Part shown: positions 38,249 to 47,792 of the stretch, one piece after another | Position numbering within the stretch: position 1 is the first letter of the stretch | Layout of the letters: every line of letters starts with the position of its first letter | DNA from: Bacteroidia bacterium | Lineage (GTDB): Bacteria; Bacteroidota; Bacteroidia; NS11-12g; UBA9320 | DNA: 64,000 nt | Assembly (NCBI GenBank): GCA_965216465.1 | Contig: CBDCFW010000006.1 | Span: 672,001 to 736,000 of the forward strand | Reading direction: 5' to 3' | Notes under the pieces: model-generated | Database searches by the model: none | The model's input: the letters and a program-made list of their open reading frames with translations, nothing else | Told to the model about the DNA's origin: nothing | Made by a program: the position numbers and the translations under genes

Positions 38249-40015
38249 ATGAAATCAGTATTTACAGTACTTACCCTCCTGTGTGCTATTTTCTCCAATG
38301 CACAGACTTACAATGCTGCATTCCAAGACATCGATTTTGGTGGCACAGGTGTTACGATAACCAATAAAGTTGGTACCGGACTTGCCGCCGGTGATGTTGT
38401 TCTCTATGAGGATGTTGTTACCATTAGCGGACAAGACATTGACGCCATCGTGCGGACTATAGCAGTCGATCCAACCATGACGAATCATGATAACCCATCA
38501 ACTACTGGCTTTGGGATGACAAACAACGAGGAGCGATTCTTTTCACCTCAGTTTAATTTTTCAGCAGCAGGAGAAGCTGAATTTAGATTTGAATTTATTT
38601 TAGGAGGGAGTTACGATAATTCTACAGATTCAGGTACCATAGTAACACTTGAAAATGTTGCCATAAACACCTACGATATTGATGGAAATGGCCTTTCTGG
38701 GACCAACCAATACAATCAGTTTGGAGGATTTTACAATACCTACTTAGGTTCGGCTACAACTGTTTCGCCAACTTATGATGTTGGTTCCGGTCTTACCAAT
38801 TTTAGATCAAGTATATCGTCAAATGTTTCGAACGTACTTGACGACAATACAAGGGTACAAGTAGCTTATTCTTCAGTGAGTTCATTTACAATTGTGGTTG
38901 GAGCTGAAGGAGGTGGGTACGCCTATTTCTTTATAGACTTTGGTACTGGTAGCACATGGACTAATCCCCCCGATACTTTAAGTCCACCACTTGTGGATTT
39001 AGATACTTCTACCCCAGGAGAAGAACGAACCGATACGTTTTGTGCTACTCCAAGTTACTTTACAGGTGGAGGAACAAACATTGTTACTACTAACCCAACC
39101 ATTGATGAATTAATGATTACCTATGACTCATCTGCTGTTAGAGATGGGGCTTATGAGCAATTGTTAGTTCAAGGTGCGGTAAGCGGTGATACGCTTCCTC
39201 TCTATTTCTTGTCAGATACCAGCTATGCTGTTGTTGATTTGAATGGTGTACAATTCCAAGCGGAAGGAACCATTTCTGGTGAGCAACGAACTATAACATT
39301 CACTCGACTGGTTGGAACCATGTCGGTGGCTGAAACTGAAATGCTTTTAGACTCATTGGCTTATTACAATGCCATGCCATCAACCGCCCTGAGACAATTT
39401 GATGTTCTAATGCGAAGTGGAGCCTTTACAAGCTTGGCTACTCAATTTAACACATTAACCAGTTGTTCTTTCTTATCTATTGCCCAATTAGATTTTGAAA
39501 TTAGTTCATCCAAAGACAATCATGCAGTTTTGAGGTGGTATGTAAAAAATGAAACTGACGTTTCGCACTACGAAATTGAAAGAAGTGTCAATCCGGAACA
39601 CTGGGAATCAATAGGCTGGGTTTCTTCCTATGCACTTCAAAACGATTTTAACATATACACTTTTGTAGACCAAAACACACTTCCAAGTGAAATTTGCTAC
39701 AGGTTAACTCCATATTCTACGAGCAATGCTCCGGCAGGATCGTATGTAGAATGTATTGACCTTACATCTAAGGACCCAATTGTAGATGTGTTTCCTAACC
39801 CATCGAAGGATAAAATTCAGGTAAATCTTGTAAACTGCAATGACCCAAGAATTACTTTTACCGATAGTAGAGGTTTAGACATTTCTGGCGAAATAAAGCC
39901 ACTTCATGGAAGTAATTTGGAATTTGATTTAGGCAATTTACGTCAAGGGTTATACTTTATTCACGTTGAGACCAATTCAGGAATTGTAACCAAGCCACTT
40001 ACCGTGGTAGATTAA
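38249..40015 (+). CDS. T9SS-secreted beta-rich surface protein (adhesin-like)
   Basis: Likely ATG 38249 (MKSVF...SNA-Q). Contains 'LRWYVKNETDVSHYEIERS' and the CTD 'VFPNPS...GLYFIHV'. TATCTTTG element at 38135-38142. Confidence 0.85.
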   Translation: MKSVFTVLTLLCAIFSNAQTYNAAFQDIDFGGTGVTITNKVGTGLAAGDVVLYEDVVTISGQDIDAIVRTIAVDPTMTNHDNPSTTGFGMTNNEERFFSPQFNFSAAGEAEFRFEFILGGSYDNSTDSGTIVTLENVAINTYDIDGNGLSGTNQYNQFGGFYNTYLGSATTVSPTYDVGSGLTNFRSSISSNVSNVLDDNTRVQVAYSSVSSFTIVVGAEGGGYAYFFIDFGTGSTWTNPPDTLSPPLVDLDTSTPGEERTDTFCATPSYFTGGGTNIVTTNPTIDELMITYDSSAVRDGAYEQLLVQGAVSGDTLPLYFLSDTSYAVVDLNGVQFQAEGTISGEQRTITFTRLVGTMSVAETEMLLDSLAYYNAMPSTALRQFDVLMRSGAFTSLATQFNTLTSCSFLSIAQLDFEISSSKDNHAVLRWYVKNETDVSHYEIERSVNPEHWESIGWVSSYALQNDFNIYTFVDQNTLPSEICYRLTPYSTSNAPAGSYVECIDLTSKDPIVDVFPNPSKDKIQVNLVNCNDPRITFTDSRGLDISGEIKPLHGSNLEFDLGNLRQGLYFIHVETNSGIVTKPLTVVD

Positions 40016-40016
40016 C

Positions 40017-41018
40017 CTAGCAGAACCACCAATAATCCTTAGCTTTTTTCAGTGAAGTTTGGTCTAAACGCTCTTGAATTTTAGCCTTATCTTCAGGCGA
40101 AGATACAGCCAGTATAAGCTGCTTATTGGCCCAGTTAATATCAGATGGGCTTGATAGCACTACATCATGAATCGTAACTCCTTGCTTTTTAGGATTGTCA
40201 GTTATCCAAATAAATTGCTGACCTGCTTCATTTAATAATGATGCAACGCGCTTACCTTTCTTTCCTGCTCCCCATAACACAAGTTCTTTGGTTCTATTAA
40301 AATCAATATCTAAAAACCTGCGTACTTTTAAAGGGTAGTAAGCCATAGGGAAGTAAATTGGTAACTTTCGGGAGGTTCTATTCTGGCTATCTCTCCAATG
40401 ATGAATAACTTCCTGAACCCGAACAACGTCTGTGCCATGTTTGTATGCTCTGAAGCAAAAATCATAGTCCTCAGGAAGATAATCTGAGTTAAACCCTCCT
40501 ATTCTATCAAAGTCATCACGGTCCATTAGCCAACCCGGTGAAGGAATTGGACATTCCATATAAACATCCTCCCAAAAATTGTCAGCAGACATGAGATTAT
40601 TTATCCAATTTTCATAATTCTGGAAGCCTAATCCAACCATCCACTCATCTGAGAAGTACTTAACCTTACCTGTTACCACGCTGTTAGGTGTCCATGATTC
40701 TACTAGTAGTTTTAGTTTATTCAAAGGCATTATGTCGTCGGCATCCATACGATGAATGAACTGGCCGTTTACTTGTGCATAGGCAGTACGTAACGCATCT
40801 ATTATTCCATTTCCTTGATTATCAAGCCATTGAATCTTGTCGTTTTGATGCGAATATTCCCATAAAATTTCAGAGGTTTGATCTGTACTCGAATCATTCA
40901 CTACAACCAACTCCCAGTTTTGATAAGACTGAGCTAAGATTGAGTCTATACAAGGCCTTAAGTACGGTGCAGCGTTCTTTGCAGGCATTACTATACTTAT
41001 CAACTTTTTCACCTTCAC
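40017..41018 (-). CDS. Glycosyltransferase family 2
   Basis: Motifs 'ISIVMPAKN', 'VVVNDSSTD', 'RMDADD' and 'PEDYDF'. The likely start is GTG 41018 or 41012; the track's N-terminal extension overlaps the ncRNA. Confidence 0.9.
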   Translation of the reverse strand: MKVKKLISIVMPAKNAAPYLRPCIDSILAQSYQNWELVVVNDSSTDQTSEILWEYSHQNDKIQWLDNQGNGIIDALRTAYAQVNGQFIHRMDADDIMPLNKLKLLVESWTPNSVVTGKVKYFSDEWMVGLGFQNYENWINNLMSADNFWEDVYMECPIPSPGWLMDRDDFDRIGGFNSDYLPEDYDFCFRAYKHGTDVVRVQEVIHHWRDSQNRTSRKLPIYFPMAYYPLKVRRFLDIDFNRTKELVLWGAGKKGKRVASLLNEAGQQFIWITDNPKKQGVTIHDVVLSSPSDINWANKQLILAVSSPEDKAKIQERLDQTSLKKAKDYWWFC

Positions 41019-41044
41019 AATGCAAATTTTACTATATTTGACAT

Positions 41045-41240
41045 AGGACTGGAGAAGATAATTGAAAAATTCAACAGTTTTTACTTTTCCGGCTTTAACC
41101 GAAACGTATAAGAACAGGCCTTGAAATCCAGACTTGTCGGTAATGAACTTACCTCGGTAAGTGAACATTGGAAGTTCGTGACGTGGAGAGAGCCAAATCC
41201 TATTTTTTAGGAATTTTTCAAGTAGTCCAGTCCTTTTTTT
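41045..41240 (+). ncRNA. ssrS: Probable 6S RNA (SsrS)
   Basis: About 195-nt rod. Pairings: AGGACTGGA(41045-53)/TCCAGTCCT(41226-34), TTGAAAAATTC(41062-72)/GAATTTTTCAA(41211-21) and GGCTTT(41091-96)/AGAGCC(41189-94). Central unpaired bubble 41073-90/41195-210, apical ACTTAC/GTAAGT hairpin, TATATTTG promoter element at 41033-41040 and a 3' T7 run. Confidence 0.8.
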
Positions 41241-41243
41241 CTT

Positions 41244-42386
41244 TTATCGAATCACACCACTTCCTACCAAAACATCATCCTCGTACCAAGTTGCGAATTG
41301 ACCTTTTGCCACCGCTTTTTGAGGTTTTTCAAATTCGATGATTAACCCTTTTTCTTTCTTTCTTAATTTAGCAGCAAACAAAGGTTGTCTATAGCGTATC
41401 CTTACTTGATAAGATCGCTCCTCTCCTGGTTTCATTTTTGCACTTGGTAGCAACCAGTGAATATCGTCTTCGTCAACAAACAATCCTTTTCTATTCAAGG
41501 CCTTATGCTGTTCACCTTCACCAACATAAACCGTGTTTGTGTCGGTATTTGTTTGTACAATGAAAAGTGGGTTTGCATAGCCTCCTATATTTAGTCCTTT
41601 TCTTTGGCCAATAGTATAGAAATGAGCTCCATTGTGCTCGCCAATAACCTTGCCATCTGACTCAGCAAATTCATATTCATCTTCGACTTGAAGATCGCTT
41701 TTAAAACCTGGCCATTCGTTTGAAATTTCAACAACGTTGCCTTTCTTTTCTTTGAGTTGTTGTTTCAGAAAATCAGGTAGCTTTACCTTTCCAATAAAGC
41801 ACAGTCCCTGAGAATCACGCTTTTCTGCTGTAACGAGATCTTGTTCTTTAGCGATTCGACGCACTTCACTTTTCTCTAATTCTCCTATTGGAAAAAGAGC
41901 CTTTGCGAGTTGATCTTGATTCACCTGGCAGAGGAAATAACTTTGATCTTTGTTTCCATCTTTACCAGCAAGCAGTCGAAATTCGCCGTTTACCTCATCT
42001 TTTCTGCAATAATGCCCAGTGGCAACATAATCTGCCCCAAGGTTCATAGCGTGTTTTAAAAACGTGTCAAATTTGATTTCGCGATTGCATAGCACATCTG
42101 GATTTGGAGTTCTACCGCTTTTATACTCATCGAACATGTATGACACAATTCGATCATAGTACTCTTTGCTAAGGTCTATGGTGTGAAATGGTATTCCAAG
42201 CTTGTCGGCTACAAGCAATGCATCTTTACTATCCTCCTCCCACGGACATTCATCACTAATTGTGAATTCTGTATCATGCCAGTTTTTCATGAAGACACCA
42301 ATGACTTCATGACCTTGTTCTTGAAGTAAATAAGCAGCTACAGAGGAATCCACTCCTCCCGATAATCCGACAACTACCTTTGCCAT
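41244..42386 (-). CDS. mnmA: tRNA 2-thiouridine(34) synthase
   Basis: Motifs '[12 protein letters not shown]', '[14 protein letters not shown]', 'ATGHY', 'KDQSYFL', 'DSQGLCFIG' and 'YTIGQRKG'. Confidence 0.97.
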   Translation of the reverse strand: MAKVVVGLSGGVDSSVAAYLLQEQGHEVIGVFMKNWHDTEFTISDECPWEEDSKDALLVADKLGIPFHTIDLSKEYYDRIVSYMFDEYKSGRTPNPDVLCNREIKFDTFLKHAMNLGADYVATGHYCRKDEVNGEFRLLAGKDGNKDQSYFLCQVNQDQLAKALFPIGELEKSEVRRIAKEQDLVTAEKRDSQGLCFIGKVKLPDFLKQQLKEKKGNVVEISNEWPGFKSDLQVEDEYEFAESDGKVIGEHNGAHFYTIGQRKGLNIGGYANPLFIVQTNTDTNTVYVGEGEQHKALNRKGLFVDEDDIHWLLPSAKMKPGEERSYQVRIRYRQPLFAAKLRKKEKGLIIEFEKPQKAVAKGQFATWYEDDVLVGSGVIR

Positions 42387-42393
42387 TTCATTC

Positions 42394-44886
42394 TTATTCT
42401 ATAACGTTCAATTTAAAATGAAGCTGTTTGTTATCATCAATAAAGGTAATGATATAAACAGAGGAAGGTAAAACAGGTACGACTAAGGTATTGTTCACTA
42501 AACTCCCTCGATTCATTACTTTTCCTTCCAGATTAGTAATGATGTATTGCTTCATTGCATCACCTTTAAAGGTAATATGTTGCCCAACTTTAGCTGGATT
42601 AGGATAGAAGAACCTCAAGTTCTCCAACTCTTCAATAGAAGCTCTGAAATTTAAATTGTAATCTCGATCAACACTATCAATTCCGCAGAAATTTGACACA
42701 AATAATTCTGCAGTATAGCTTCCTTTATCGGGATACGCATGTGTTGGGTTTTCTTCTGTTGATGTGTTTCCATCACCAAAATCCCAATGAAATTCTATCC
42801 CATGATCTGATATGTTGGTGAAGTCTATTTCTAAGCCATCAATAACTTCTGTGAACTTAGGATCTACAAATGGAATAACTTCAACAGTATCTGTTTGTGG
42901 TTCACTCACGCCACAGGCATTTGCAGCAATAACTGCAACCGTGTGCACCCCTGCTTCTGTCCATTCAACTTGAACTAACTCGGTGGTTGTACTTCCATTA
43001 AAAGACCCTCCTCCAGACAAGGTCCAGAAGTAAGATTCTGCGGTTGGAACAGGGTTAATGCTATAATTACTGAATCCAAAACAGGCACTGTCGTTGGTAA
43101 TAAAGCTACCCGGCGTGTCCAATGAATCTATTTCAACAAAAACAGTTTTTTCGACGGTATCAGAGCCAATAATGTTTGTGGTTATCAAAGTAATTGTTTT
43201 GGTTCCAGAAGTAGTATAAATTACGGTATGTGGCCCTTCTGTGCTGGCCGTGGCCGGACTCGCACCGTCACCAAAATCCCAAGAATACACTGTTACTGTA
43301 CCCGTTGTATTGTCTGTTACGGTAAAGTCCTCTTCGGGGCATAAAACAGCAACACTCGTGTTAAAATCACCTTCTGGTGGAGTCAAGTTACAAGAGTTAT
43401 TTGGGACAGCAACCATAGGAGTTGGACCACATGGGCTTGAAACAACTCCTCGACCTGTTACGTACTGACCTGCTGCAATATCCGTAGCTACTAAATTTGC
43501 TTTGCGCACTCCATTCGACAAAGAGTAGTGCATTACTTTAGCATTATCTCTAACATGACCCAGCTGGAGGCCATGTCCCAATTCGTGGGTAGCAACACTC
43601 TGAAAATCATATTGATTGCTGCCTGGATTACCCGTCCCATAATACCAGCTGTATGTGCTGTCAAACTGAATATCTAGTTCTCTAACGAACCAGTTTAGGT
43701 TAGTATTTGCACTGAACCAACATCCGGAATACCAGCTGTAACAAACGCCCAGTTTTCCATCACCAAAATTGGTAAATCGAACAACATTCACATCGTCTTG
43801 GCCATCAACAGTATCTACTGTAGTAGTTGCTCCAATTATCCAATTCATTTGCGTTTCGCATCTCCATTCTTCCAATGACCGTGTAAAAGAAGTCACGGCA
43901 GCAGCTTTATTAGCAAAGTTTGATGCAAATTGCCACGTATATCCGCCTAAACTATTGTCATTCACATGGTCTATTTGGAAAGCTGGAGTATCTCCCGAAG
44001 GCAATGGGTAAAATAAATTTGAGTGGGCCCAATCTATGGTCAAATTGCTTGAAGATTCACCCGATTCGTCATTGTCGTTCACTACTTCAACGGTTCCCGT
44101 TCCTGCTCGTGACGGAACAATAACCTTAATCTCTGTATTGCTCCAACTCTTATACGACCAGCCAACAGGTGGATAGTAATATCTGCCATCGCCAAAGTTC
44201 GCATCTTTAAACCCAACTTTACCATTACCTCTGGTCGCACCGAAATTTGACCCGTTAATGGTTAGCTCTGTTTCTGTTCCTGAATTAAGTGTATCTAAAC
44301 TAAACGATGAAATTACTGGGTTAGCAAGTGCTCTAATCTGCTTTTTGCCCGCCTCTACATTGACATCTTTTACTGTGCTGTAATTCTCTTTGGTTATAGA
44401 CTTAATGGTTTCGTATAAGTCAAAGCGAATCGAGTTGTATTTTGCACTGATATCAAATGCTTTATAGTTCACTAAATCATAGTGAATAAAAGACTGAATT
44501 GAAGCAGTTGGTTGATATAGGTCACCATATCCCGACAAAGGTTTAGTGCTCTTTTTAACCAATATGATTCCTGTTTCTTTAACTTCTAGCTCCAAAGACG
44601 GACTAGCAACAAGTCTATTTAACCCTACGGTTCCTCCTTCTGTAACAACATTTATAATGCTATTGGCATAGCTACCTTTAAATGATTTATAAACTTCAAT
44701 CGTATTGATCGTATAAATCATCTTGTGATTGTCGTCCCAAACACTTTGTTTATCAATTATTTTACCTTCAATTACAAGATCACTTTTCTTGATTCTTTTC
44801 TCTAAAGACCAAGGCTCGATCATACATTGTGCAATTGCTAAAGAACTAAATAGGATAAGTGCTAATAAGCTACTGAGGTGTTTCAT
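42394..44886 (-). CDS. T9SS-secreted metzincin (matrixin/M10-like) metalloprotease with IPT/TIG and PKD domains
   Basis: '[11 protein letters not shown]' plus Met-turn 'VMHY', IPT motif 'LTINGSNFG', two PKD 'WDFGDG' motifs and CTD 'YPNPA'. Confidence 0.88.
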   Translation of the reverse strand: MKHLSSLLALILFSSLAIAQCMIEPWSLEKRIKKSDLVIEGKIIDKQSVWDDNHKMIYTINTIEVYKSFKGSYANSIINVVTEGGTVGLNRLVASPSLELEVKETGIILVKKSTKPLSGYGDLYQPTASIQSFIHYDLVNYKAFDISAKYNSIRFDLYETIKSITKENYSTVKDVNVEAGKKQIRALANPVISSFSLDTLNSGTETELTINGSNFGATRGNGKVGFKDANFGDGRYYYPPVGWSYKSWSNTEIKVIVPSRAGTGTVEVVNDNDESGESSSNLTIDWAHSNLFYPLPSGDTPAFQIDHVNDNSLGGYTWQFASNFANKAAAVTSFTRSLEEWRCETQMNWIIGATTTVDTVDGQDDVNVVRFTNFGDGKLGVCYSWYSGCWFSANTNLNWFVRELDIQFDSTYSWYYGTGNPGSNQYDFQSVATHELGHGLQLGHVRDNAKVMHYSLSNGVRKANLVATDIAAGQYVTGRGVVSSPCGPTPMVAVPNNSCNLTPPEGDFNTSVAVLCPEEDFTVTDNTTGTVTVYSWDFGDGASPATASTEGPHTVIYTTSGTKTITLITTNIIGSDTVEKTVFVEIDSLDTPGSFITNDSACFGFSNYSINPVPTAESYFWTLSGGGSFNGSTTTELVQVEWTEAGVHTVAVIAANACGVSEPQTDTVEVIPFVDPKFTEVIDGLEIDFTNISDHGIEFHWDFGDGNTSTEENPTHAYPDKGSYTAELFVSNFCGIDSVDRDYNLNFRASIEELENLRFFYPNPAKVGQHITFKGDAMKQYIITNLEGKVMNRGSLVNNTLVVPVLPSSVYIITFIDDNKQLHFKLNVIE

Positions 44887-45015
44887 CGTAAATTTATTTT
44901 AGTTGTTGTAGTTGCATTTTACCCCTGTTTCCAACGGATATAGGAATAAATTGTAAAAACAAATTTAGGAAGATATCTAATGGTACTGCAATTTATTATT
45001 AACATTTGCACTGAT

Positions 45016-46185
45016 TTGAAAAAGGATATAAACAAGACCATTGGAATATTAGGAGGAGGTCAATTGGGTAAGATGCTTTTTGAAGCAGGATCACCCATGA
45101 ACTTGAATTATCAGTTTCTTGAAAAATCTTCTGATTGCCCAGCATCGTTAGTGTCTAACAATCAGGTTGTTGGCGGATTAAAGGACGAAGCAAAGATTAG
45201 AGAATTAGCTCAATTATCTGACGTGTTATCCTACGAAATTGAGCATGTGAATGTTGACGCTCTTGAAGCATTAGAGGGTGAAGGGAAATTGGTGATTCCT
45301 CAATCTAGCGTTCTAAGAATTATACAAGACAAAGGCTTACAAAAAGCATTTTATGCCAAGCATCAAACCCCAACTTTAGCTTTTGAATTGGCCGGCTCAA
45401 GTGATCTTGCAGAAAAGGTTGAGGCCTGGCCCGATGACCGTTTTGTGCTTAAACATCGAAAAGGTGGATATGATGGTAAGGGAGTTCAATTGCTGTCTAA
45501 ATCGAAGTTTAATGAGCTTCACAATACAAATGACGAATCGCTGCAAAGCAATGATGGTTATGTGATAGAAAAACTAGCGGTTGACGCTACTGAAGTTTCT
45601 GTAATTGTGGCTATTGGTCAACAGGGAGATGTAGTAGAGTATGAGCCTTGTGAAATGGTTTTTGATCCTAAGTCAAATCTGATGGACTATTTAATAGCCC
45701 CAGCTGCAATTTCTGAAGACATAATAGCTCGATGCAAAGAGGTAGCTTCAATGGCCGTTAAGGCGTTTAACAGCCCGGGAATGTTTGCTGTTGAACTGTT
45801 CGCAACCGGTACTGGGGATGTATATGTTAATGAGATAGCTCCTCGTCCACACAATAGCGGACACCACACCATTGAATCATCGATTACCTCTCAGTACGAG
45901 CAACTTAATCGCATACTTTTAGGCATGCCGGTTGGAGACACCCAGTTACTTTGCCCAGCTGCAACGTGCAATATTGTTGGACCTGAGGACGTAAATGGAG
46001 AATACTACCTTCACAATATTGAGTCTGTTTTAGCCATTCCTGGAGTATACATTCATATGTATGGCAAGAAAACAACTTCGCCTTTCAGAAAACTAGGGCA
46101 TTTCACTGTTTTAGGAAATACAAAAGAGGATGTAGTTGCCAAAATGAATAAGGTAAAACAAAGCTTAACCATAAAAAGCGTTTAA
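45016..46185 (+). CDS. purK: N5-carboxyaminoimidazole ribonucleotide synthase
   Basis: Motifs 'IGILGGGQLGKM', 'GGYDGKG', 'NEIAPRPHNSGH' and 'RKLGH'. The likely start is TTG 45016. Confidence 0.95.
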   Translation: MKKDINKTIGILGGGQLGKMLFEAGSPMNLNYQFLEKSSDCPASLVSNNQVVGGLKDEAKIRELAQLSDVLSYEIEHVNVDALEALEGEGKLVIPQSSVLRIIQDKGLQKAFYAKHQTPTLAFELAGSSDLAEKVEAWPDDRFVLKHRKGGYDGKGVQLLSKSKFNELHNTNDESLQSNDGYVIEKLAVDATEVSVIVAIGQQGDVVEYEPCEMVFDPKSNLMDYLIAPAAISEDIIARCKEVASMAVKAFNSPGMFAVELFATGTGDVYVNEIAPRPHNSGHHTIESSITSQYEQLNRILLGMPVGDTQLLCPAATCNIVGPEDVNGEYYLHNIESVLAIPGVYIHMYGKKTTSPFRKLGHFTVLGNTKEDVVAKMNKVKQSLTIKSV

Positions 46186-46197
46186 TTTGAACAATAT

Positions 46198-46713
46198 ATG
46201 GCTGATGTACTAATAATAATGGGATCTGATTCTGACCTACCTGTAATGGCAGAATCAGCAAAAGTTTTAGATGCACTTAATGTTTCTTACCATTTAACTG
46301 TGGTTTCTGCACATAGAACACCTGACCGAATGTATGAATACACTAAAAAAGCACATACCGATGGATTTAAGGTGATTATTGCAGGTGCAGGAGGTGCTGC
46401 CCACTTGCCAGGAATGGTAGCATCGCTAACTCCTCTTCCAGTAATCGGGGTTCCAGTTAAATCAAGTAATATGAGCGGTATTGATTCCTTGTATTCAATT
46501 GTGCAAATGCCTCCAGGTATTCCAGTTGCTACTATGGCAATCAATGGAGCTAAAAATGCAGGAATTATGGCAGCCAAAATGATTGGGGCACATGATTCTG
46601 CAGTACAACAACGCGTTTTGGACTACAGTGCCGATATGGAAAACACGGTGTTAGGAAAAGCCGAAGCACTAGAAAACATGGGATACCGAGAATATCTCGA
46701 CCAAAAGAAATGA
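46198..46713 (+). CDS. purE: N5-CAIR mutase
   Basis: Motifs 'IMGSDSD', 'SAHRTP', '[11 protein letters not shown]' and '[11 protein letters not shown]'. Confidence 0.97.
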   Translation: MADVLIIMGSDSDLPVMAESAKVLDALNVSYHLTVVSAHRTPDRMYEYTKKAHTDGFKVIIAGAGGAAHLPGMVASLTPLPVIGVPVKSSNMSGIDSLYSIVQMPPGIPVATMAINGAKNAGIMAAKMIGAHDSAVQQRVLDYSADMENTVLGKAEALENMGYREYLDQKK

Positions 46714-47285
46714 TCATTGTTGATGACTGCCTCGTTTCGGAGGATGTACTCGAAAAGAAGTTTGCTTGCGATGTTTCTGCGTGCAAGGGTGCATGCTGTA
46801 TTGAAGGTGATGCTGGTGCTCCATTAGAACGAGATGAGGTTGAAAGCATTGAGAAAAATCTAGATCTAATCAAGTCTGAAATGGATGCTGAAGGTCTAGA
46901 ACTATTAGAAAAAGACGGTTTTTACGAAAACGACCCGTTTGATAGCATGCTAGTTACTACTTGCAAATCGAATAAAGAGTGTGTTTTTGTAGTGAGAAAA
47001 GACGGAATTTTAAACTGTGCAATCGAAATAGCCAACAGTAAGCACAATTTTAACTATCCAAAACCTATAAGTTGTCACTTATATCCTGTGCGTGTAAGCA
47101 AATACAACGAATACTACGCACTAAATTATCATAAATGGAGTATTTGTGCCGATGCATGTACAAAAGGTCAAAAAGAAGACATCAAAGTGTTTGAATTTGC
47201 AAAAACTGCTTTAATAAGAAAATTTGGAGAAGATTGGTACGAAAACCTGGAAGGAGCTGTTACTGCATATTATGATAAGCCATAA
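46710..47285 (+). CDS. DUF3109-family Cys-rich protein
   Basis: Motifs '[22 protein letters not shown]' and 'KPISCHLYP'; ATGA overlap with purE. Confidence 0.85.
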   Translation: MIIVDDCLVSEDVLEKKFACDVSACKGACCIEGDAGAPLERDEVESIEKNLDLIKSEMDAEGLELLEKDGFYENDPFDSMLVTTCKSNKECVFVVRKDGILNCAIEIANSKHNFNYPKPISCHLYPVRVSKYNEYYALNYHKWSICADACTKGQKEDIKVFEFAKTALIRKFGEDWYENLEGAVTAYYDKP

Positions 47286-47664
47286 CCTTTCCTTTAATGG
47301 TAGCTAGCTTACCGTTGTAATAGGTTTTCATAGATACAAGAATCCCATTTTCATCCCACTCCTCGTAAACTCCATCCATTTCACCTTTAACGTAGTTAAC
47401 ATTCATCTTTTTCATGCCATTTGGCCAGTATTTTATCGCTCTACCGGATAAAACACCATTTTGATAAAGTCTAACGTCTTTAAGCTTTCCTGATGGGTAA
47501 TACGCCTTATATAAGCCATGAACATGGCCATTAAGATAATTGCATTCGGAATACCCTTCTTCTTCCTGCTTTTTAAGAACTCCACTATAGGGCTCTCCAG
47601 CAAGGTATAAGAAACTGTCTTTTACGACTAAGTCTTCCTTTATTTCGGCGTAAGTAGCGGTCAT
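47260..47664 (-). CDS. MORN-variant repeat protein (YwqK-like)
   Basis: Repeats such as 'YLNGHVHG..KAYYPSG', 'YQNGVLSG..KYWPNG' and 'YVKGEMDG..EEWDENG'. Confidence 0.75.
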   Translation of the reverse strand: MTATYAEIKEDLVVKDSFLYLAGEPYSGVLKKQEEEGYSECNYLNGHVHGLYKAYYPSGKLKDVRLYQNGVLSGRAIKYWPNGMKKMNVNYVKGEMDGVYEEWDENGILVSMKTYYNGKLATIKGKVMAYHNMQ

Positions 47665-47715
47665 TTTAGTAGCTGAACCTCTACAAAGTAACGAATTTTA
47701 GTCGAAAAATCAAAA

Positions 47716-47735
47716 TTATCCACAATTGTGGATTA
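47716..47735. promoter_or_regulatory. Inverted pair of DnaA-box-like sites
   Basis: TTATCCACA (perfect) - AT - TGTGGATTA (one mismatch). Confidence 0.45.
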
Positions 47736-47743
47736 CTCAAAAC

Positions 47744-47772
47744 AAAAAAAAGTCCCGCATAACGGGACTTTT
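47744..47772 (-). terminator. Intrinsic terminator of nrdJ
   Basis: AAAAGTCCCG-cataa-CGGGACTTTT with a minus-strand T-run, about 20 nt after the nrdJ stop. Confidence 0.85.
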
Positions 47773-47792
47773 AATTTTCTATTTAAATGTGA

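Noticed and set aside
41019-41168. N-terminal 50-aa extension of the GT2 ORF
   Set aside because: It overlaps the structured 6S-like RNA; GT2 homology begins at 'KLISIVMP'.
47260-47664. YwqK-type toxin-antitoxin module
   Set aside because: It has only generic MORN-variant repeats, and there is no adjacent toxin.
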